Shown: piece by piece, positions 36,242-41,015 of the stretch
Layout: every line of letters starts with the position of its first letter
Position numbering within the stretch: the stretch's first letter is position 1
Source: Candidatus Micrarchaeota archaeon
GTDB taxonomy: Archaea > Micrarchaeota > Micrarchaeia > Anstonellales > Bilamarchaeaceae
NCBI GenBank assembly: GCA_018304385.1
Contig: JAGVWJ010000016.1
Span: 1-41,015, forward strand
Direction of reading: 5' to 3'
DNA length: 41,015 nucleotides
Position numbers and translations under genes: made by a program
Notes under the pieces: generated by a model
What the model saw: only the letters and a program-made list of their open reading frames with translations
What the model was told of the DNA's origin: nothing
Database searches by the model: none

Positions 36242-37273
36242 ATGTCAAGAAAAAAGACAATACTTTTGCTTAGAACAGGCGGAACGATTGAATCAGCATC
36301 TAATAAAGGAGGAAAAGTAGGGCCAAGTAAACACGGAACTATTGATCATGGTTTTTTAGATGCAATGAAATCAAAACTAAACCTAGATATAATAAACGAA
36401 AAACCACTAAAAGATGAAACTGGTGAAACTACGTTTGTTGATAGTTCAGTAATGGGGCTTAACGAGTGGAAACAAATCGGTTTAATGATTTCAGCTTATG
36501 TTAGAGATAGGATAATTGATGGGGTTGTAATTACCCATGGAACGGATACTATGGCGTATACTGCAAGCGCCCTTACATTTATGCTTGAAAACCTAGGCAT
36601 ACCTGTGCTTCTGACTGGTTCAGAGATAGAATGGGATAAACCTGAGTCAGATGGTCCTCGTAATTTAGCTAATTCACTTAGGGCAATAACCCATCTTGCA
36701 CCTGGAGTCTTTATTCTCTTTGGTTCAAGAATACTGCTAGGGTCCAGAGCTGAAAAAATATACTCTGGAAATGTCAATGGATTCGAAAGTCCGAACTATC
36801 CAAAGATAGGCGATGTTGGCGGTGCCGGAGATATCAGAATCTTTACTTTCCTTAATCCGGGTAAAACCTTAAGTTCTGCAGATCTTAATGTTTTTGATAA
36901 TCTTTCCTCAGGTTTATTTGTTACAGAAATTAGCCCAGATAGCTCCCCTGATTTTCTTCATTCTATTGTTGCACCTGGCGTAGTAGTTTCTGGATATGGG
37001 CTAGGTAATGTAAATAACGCGTGGAAAGAAACATTGCAAGAACTATCTAGAAGAATCCCAGTTGCAATAACTACCCAATGTATAAAAGGAGGGGTAAGAC
37101 CAAATGTTTATGAAGTTGGAGCACCCGAGACAACTATAACATGCGGTGATATGACTCTTGCTTGCAGCATTGTAAAATTAAGATGGGCTATAGGTAAGGC
37201 GAATGGTGATTTGAATGTGGTTCGTTTATCAATGTTAGAAAACTTTCATGGTGAGATATCTACTAGAATTTAA
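36242..37273 (+). CDS. Type I (cytoplasmic) L-asparaginase
   Basis: TGGTI, ITHGTDTMAYTASAL, LTGS, SRAEK, FESPN, GYGLGN; no GatD N-terminal domain. Confidence 0.88.
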   Translation: MSRKKTILLLRTGGTIESASNKGGKVGPSKHGTIDHGFLDAMKSKLNLDIINEKPLKDETGETTFVDSSVMGLNEWKQIGLMISAYVRDRIIDGVVITHGTDTMAYTASALTFMLENLGIPVLLTGSEIEWDKPESDGPRNLANSLRAITHLAPGVFILFGSRILLGSRAEKIYSGNVNGFESPNYPKIGDVGGAGDIRIFTFLNPGKTLSSADLNVFDNLSSGLFVTEISPDSSPDFLHSIVAPGVVVSGYGLGNVNNAWKETLQELSRRIPVAITTQCIKGGVRPNVYEVGAPETTITCGDMTLACSIVKLRWAIGKANGDLNVVRLSMLENFHGEISTRI

Positions 37274-37318
37274 TCATTCTCGCATGGATTTTAATTGGTT
37301 TTGGACTAAATTGGTATT

Positions 37319-37588
37319 ATGGATCATAGAGAATCATTAAAAAAAGCAGCAGCTATTGCTAGGATTAAACTTTCAGCGCAAGAAGAAGAACGCTTAGTTA
37401 GCGAGATTGATGAAGCGCTCAAAGTTTTTTCAAAAATAGACGCATTCAAAGATTATGTAGAAGAACCAAAATTTACAGGTGCGCGCAAACTTCGTTCTGA
37501 TTCTATTAAAAAATGCGACATTGATCCGTTTTCAAATTCTAAACTAATTAAAAATCGTAAATTTATTGGCCCAAAACTGGTTGATTAA
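37319..37588 (+). CDS. gatC: Asp/Glu-tRNA amidotransferase subunit C
   Basis: AAAIARIKLS..E....I..AL..F..I and LRSD; directly precedes gatA. Confidence 0.8.
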   Translation: MDHRESLKKAAAIARIKLSAQEEERLVSEIDEALKVFSKIDAFKDYVEEPKFTGARKLRSDSIKKCDIDPFSNSKLIKNRKFIGPKLVD

Positions 37589-38932
37589 ATGGATATTATT
37601 GAAACTACTGAAAAGGCTATTGAAGAAACAGAAAGGATTCATAAAAAATTAAATTGCTTCATTACTATTTGTGTAAAAGAAGCTAAAGCGCGAGCGAAAG
37701 AACTAAAGATGTCTAAGAAAAAAGGCAGATTATTTGGTAAATTTATTTCAGTAAAAGATGCTATATGCACACGCGGTATTCGAACAACTGCTGGAAGCGC
37801 GATTCTTGCTAATTATGTACCGCCATTTAACGCTACTGTAATTGATAAAATTGAGGCAGAAGGCGGAATAGTTATCGGAAAAACCACAATGGATGATTTT
37901 GGTTTTGGAACTTTCTGTACAAATGTAGGGAAAGGATTACCTGTACCAAAAAACCCGCATGATATTGGGCGTGCAACTGGCGGAAGCAGTGGAGGCGCTG
38001 GTGCTGCAACATTTGAGTTTAGCAAAGATCATTTAGCATTAGCAGAATCAACTGGCGGAAGTATAACTGCACCTGCTGCATTTTGTGGGGTTGTAGGGGT
38101 TACCCCTACCTATGGCAAGGTTTCACGCTATGGGTTAATAGATTATGCAAATAGCTTAGATAAAATTGGAACTATGGGCAAAAATGTAAGCGAAGCTGAA
38201 ATGCTTTCAAGAGTAATATTTGGAAAAGATAAACAAGATGAAACAAGCTGGACTCAAGAAGAAAAACCAGCTAAAAAAATTAAAAAAATAGGAGTAATCA
38301 AAGAAATGTTAAATGGCGTTGATGAAAAAATAAAAAAAGCATTTTGGAATGCGATCAACAAGTTAGGGGCAGAGTACGAAGAAATCTCCTTTCCATTAAT
38401 TGATTATTCTGTTGCAAGCTATTATATCATTGCAACAGCAGAAGCAAGCTCAAATTTAGCAAGATATTACGGTATGCGATATGGCGCACAAGAAGATATA
38501 AGTGGCAGCTTTAGCGAACATTTTGCAAGTATCAGATCAAAATACTTTTCTGATGAAGAAAAAAGAAGAATAATTCTTGGTACATTTGTAAGAACTGCAG
38601 GATATAAAGATAAATATTATCTAAAAGCTTTAAGGATTAGGGAGAAAATTAAACAAGAATTCGCTTTGCTATTTAAGAGATTTGATTCGCTTGTAACGCC
38701 AGCAATGCCAATTATCGCACCAAAATTTGACGAGATTACAAAATTAAAACCAATAGAGGTTTATGCATTAGATAGTTGTACAATTCCTCCGAATTTAGCT
38801 GGTTTGCCGCATCTTTCTATTCCTATGAGTAAAGTAAACAACATGCCAGTAGGTTTACAGATTATTTGTAACAGTTGGGAAGAAAATATGTTATTTGAAT
38901 TCGGGCGACAAGTTGAGAGTGTTCTAAAATGA
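37589..38932 (+). CDS. gatA: Asp/Glu-tRNA amidotransferase subunit A
   Basis: SVKD, GKTTMDDFGFG, GGSSGG, ESTGGSI, PTYGKVSRYGL, RRIILGT, NLAGLP. Confidence 0.95.
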   Translation: MDIIETTEKAIEETERIHKKLNCFITICVKEAKARAKELKMSKKKGRLFGKFISVKDAICTRGIRTTAGSAILANYVPPFNATVIDKIEAEGGIVIGKTTMDDFGFGTFCTNVGKGLPVPKNPHDIGRATGGSSGGAGAATFEFSKDHLALAESTGGSITAPAAFCGVVGVTPTYGKVSRYGLIDYANSLDKIGTMGKNVSEAEMLSRVIFGKDKQDETSWTQEEKPAKKIKKIGVIKEMLNGVDEKIKKAFWNAINKLGAEYEEISFPLIDYSVASYYIIATAEASSNLARYYGMRYGAQEDISGSFSEHFASIRSKYFSDEEKRRIILGTFVRTAGYKDKYYLKALRIREKIKQEFALLFKRFDSLVTPAMPIIAPKFDEITKLKPIEVYALDSCTIPPNLAGLPHLSIPMSKVNNMPVGLQIICNSWEENMLFEFGRQVESVLK

Positions 38933-40353
38933 TTGGTTCAAATGTAAAAGTAATGATTGGATTGGAAAGCCATATCCAATTAAAGACAGAAAGCAAGCTT
39001 TTTTGCAGCTGTAGCACTAATTCTACTAAATCAAAACCAAATGAAAATACATGTCAAATTTGTCTAGGTTTTCCTGGTTCAAAACCAACATTAAACGAAG
39101 AAGCAGTTAGAAAGGCAATTGCATTGGCAAAAATTCTTAATTGCAAGATCAACGAATATTCACGTTTTGCACGTAAGATTTATTTTTATCCAGATTTACC
39201 AAAGGGATTCCAAATAACCCAATATGATGAACCGCTTGCAGTAAAAGGAGAATTCTCAATTGAGCAAAATGGAAAGAAAAAAACAATCAATATCACTCGC
39301 GTGCATATAGAAGAAGACCCAGGAAAAATTGAATACATTGGAGGGCATATTGGCACAGCACAACAGGTACTTGTTGATTATAACAGAAGTGGGTTGCCTC
39401 TTTGCGAAGCTGTTACTGAACCTGATTTTGAAAATATTGATGAAGCGGTTACTTATGTAAGAAAGTTATTTCATCTACTCAGTTATCTAGATTTAATAGA
39501 TCCAAATCAGGAAGGCGTTATGCGTACTGATGCAAACATAAGCATAGATGGAGGCGAACGCGTTGAACTTAAAAATATTTCTGGAAGTGACGCAGTAGAA
39601 AAATCACTTAAAGCTGAACTAAATAGGCAGATGTTTCTAAAAGCACAAAGTAAGAAAGTAGAACGTGAAACACGCATGTACTCAGAAGAAACAGGAACAA
39701 CTATCCTTTTGCGTAAAAAAGAATATGAAGAAGAATATGGTTATATTCGTGAACCAGACCTATTACCAATAATAGTTAATGAATCACTAGTAAATGAAAT
39801 AAAAGGGCAGATGAAGAAACTTCCAGAAGAAGTTGAACATGAGATCTTAACTAAGTATAAATTGCCAAAGCAGATAGCACATCAACTTGCGTTTAAGCGA
39901 GGATTGTATGAATATTATATAGAATGCGCAAAGAAACTAAAAAATGTTGATTTGTTGGCAAGATGGCTTGTGGGCGATTTCCTAAAATGCGCAAACTGGC
40001 ATAATTATGAGATTGAGCACTGCCCAAGCGTAGAGAGATTTTTGGAACTTATGCAACTAATCGAAAAAGGAAAGATAACAGAGCGCGAAGGCAAGGAATT
40101 AATAAAGAAAATGTTTGATGAACCAAAAAAATCTCTAAAAGAATTGCAAACAAAAGGCGAAATTGATCTTGACTCTACGATAAAAACAGTTATAAAAGAA
40201 AATCAAAAAGCAGTTGACATGATTCGCAGCGGGGATGAAAAGTCTATTAATTTCTTAGTTGGCCAAACCTTGCGTAAAATTAATTTTAAGGGAGACCCGA
40301 ATGAAATAAGAAGGGTTATTCAAAAGGAACTAGAGAAAAAAAGTGAAAAATGA
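38929..40353 (+). CDS. gatB: Asp/Glu-tRNA amidotransferase subunit B
   Basis: IGLESHIQL, KLFCSC, RKIYFYPDLPK..QITQ, HIEEDPGK, DYNRSG.PL.E, MRTDANIS, Yqey-like tail. Confidence 0.96.
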   Translation: MIGSNVKVMIGLESHIQLKTESKLFCSCSTNSTKSKPNENTCQICLGFPGSKPTLNEEAVRKAIALAKILNCKINEYSRFARKIYFYPDLPKGFQITQYDEPLAVKGEFSIEQNGKKKTINITRVHIEEDPGKIEYIGGHIGTAQQVLVDYNRSGLPLCEAVTEPDFENIDEAVTYVRKLFHLLSYLDLIDPNQEGVMRTDANISIDGGERVELKNISGSDAVEKSLKAELNRQMFLKAQSKKVERETRMYSEETGTTILLRKKEYEEEYGYIREPDLLPIIVNESLVNEIKGQMKKLPEEVEHEILTKYKLPKQIAHQLAFKRGLYEYYIECAKKLKNVDLLARWLVGDFLKCANWHNYEIEHCPSVERFLELMQLIEKGKITEREGKELIKKMFDEPKKSLKELQTKGEIDLDSTIKTVIKENQKAVDMIRSGDEKSINFLVGQTLRKINFKGDPNEIRRVIQKELEKKSEK

Positions 40354-40388
40354 ACTATTAAAATCAGATATGTACAAATATATTGAAT

Positions 40389-40805
40389 ATGAGAAATATT
40401 AGATTTTCTAGCGCTAGTGTAAGATCAGTCGCAACAGTAATAGGGATAGCAGGGTTAGCTCTTTCACTGACAATGTTTCGTGCAGCCCATTCTAAACCTG
40501 CCCCAGAAAGTATAGCAAAACCCAGCTCTCTATCCCAACCTGTTACTTTTGGCATGGAAAGAGACTTGTTATGCAAACTGGGAGACGGTTCAATTGCATT
40601 AAGACGTGGCCCTCCTTCAGAAACTTTTTCGATTAAGGATGGTGCAAAGAGTCGTTGGGTAATTAAAAAGGGGCAACATTATTTAGAGGGTGAAACAACA
40701 GTTTCAATTATATCTGTTGATAATGGCGGTGCTATAGCTGTATTCTATGGTCAAGGTGACGGGCAGCCTATTGCAGTCAGGGTGCCTCGCTGCCCGATAT
40801 ACTAA
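40389..40805 (+). CDS. Hypothetical secreted/membrane-anchored protein
   Basis: Positively charged N-terminus plus hydrophobic helix (VATVIGIAGLALSLTMF). Confidence 0.6.
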   Translation: MRNIRFSSASVRSVATVIGIAGLALSLTMFRAAHSKPAPESIAKPSSLSQPVTFGMERDLLCKLGDGSIALRRGPPSETFSIKDGAKSRWVIKKGQHYLEGETTVSIISVDNGGAIAVFYGQGDGQPIAVRVPRCPIY

Positions 40806-40920
40806 CCAAATTAAGCTAGAACAAAAGCAATATCATTATAAAACTTTTTTGTTTATATCTAATTATCTAATTAATTTCTAGCTTACGGCCTAAGGCTTAT
40901 AACTTACAGTAGGTGATATT

Positions 40921-41015
40921 ATTCCCCTCGTACCTATGAAACAAATATTGGATGAAGCTGCCAAGCAGCAATACGGTGTTCCGCATTTTAATGTAAATAA
41001 TATGGAACAGGCACA
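40921..41015 (+). CDS. fba: Class II fructose-bisphosphate aldolase N-terminus (3'-truncated by window)
   Basis: (I/M)PLVPMKQILDEAAKQQYGVPHFNVNNMEQA matches the class II aldolase N-terminus. First ATG is at 40936; ATT at 40921 fits the RBS spacing. Confidence 0.85.
   Translation, partial: MPLVPMKQILDEAAKQQYGVPHFNVNNMEQA

Noticed and set aside
36242-37273. Asparaginase called as GatD
   Set aside because: It starts directly at the TGGTI domain without the GatD N-terminal domain or the SRVDY motif, and no gatE is adjacent.
542-40576. Numerous antisense/shadow ORFs in the track (e.g. 542-1003, 2987-3373, 9311-9913, 10397-10960, 15213-15716, 28853-29218, 31072-31452, 33068-33310, 34130-34477, 40364-40576)
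   Set aside because: They lie opposite or out of frame to well-supported genes, have Ser/Phe/Leu/Ile-rich shadow composition, and lack motifs or RBS.
1-41015. CRISPR arrays, transposases, integrases, rRNA
   Set aside because: No regularly spaced 24-47 bp repeats, IS or integrase ORFs, or rRNA-like sequence were seen. The only clear mobile element is the intein.

Overview
AT-rich archaeal chromosomal window. The gene set (Hjc, Kae1, S24e/S27ae, aIF5A, Sm, SMC, DGGGP synthase, archaeal GluRS, BHB-type tRNA introns) points to an archaeon, probably DPANN/Micrarchaeota-like; this assignment is inference. It is mostly housekeeping and metabolic genes: translation and tRNA modification, SMC, NMNAT, an agmatine-to-putrescine pair (aguA/aguB), an nrdR-redoxin-nrdJ ribonucleotide reductase locus with a LAGLIDADG intein and tandem NrdR-like boxes, peptidases, and an Lrp/asparaginase/gatCAB cluster. 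The most unusual signal is outside the ORF track. Three tRNA genes together carry four introns: tRNA-Ala(GGC) has two non-canonical introns, tRNA-Asn(GTT) has a 60-nt canonical intron, and tRNA-Pro(CGG) has a 179-nt highly structured intron at 59/60 that leaves a 14-nt 3' exon. In at least two introns a perfect hairpin is mutually exclusive with the splice-site helix. Other observations: a shared degenerate heptamer-repeat motif upstream of smc and nrdJ, a palindrome-dense intergenic region beside tRNA-Asn, a 50-aa ORF missed by the track, and a probable ATT start codon for fba. All folds and alignments were done by eye; no searches were run.
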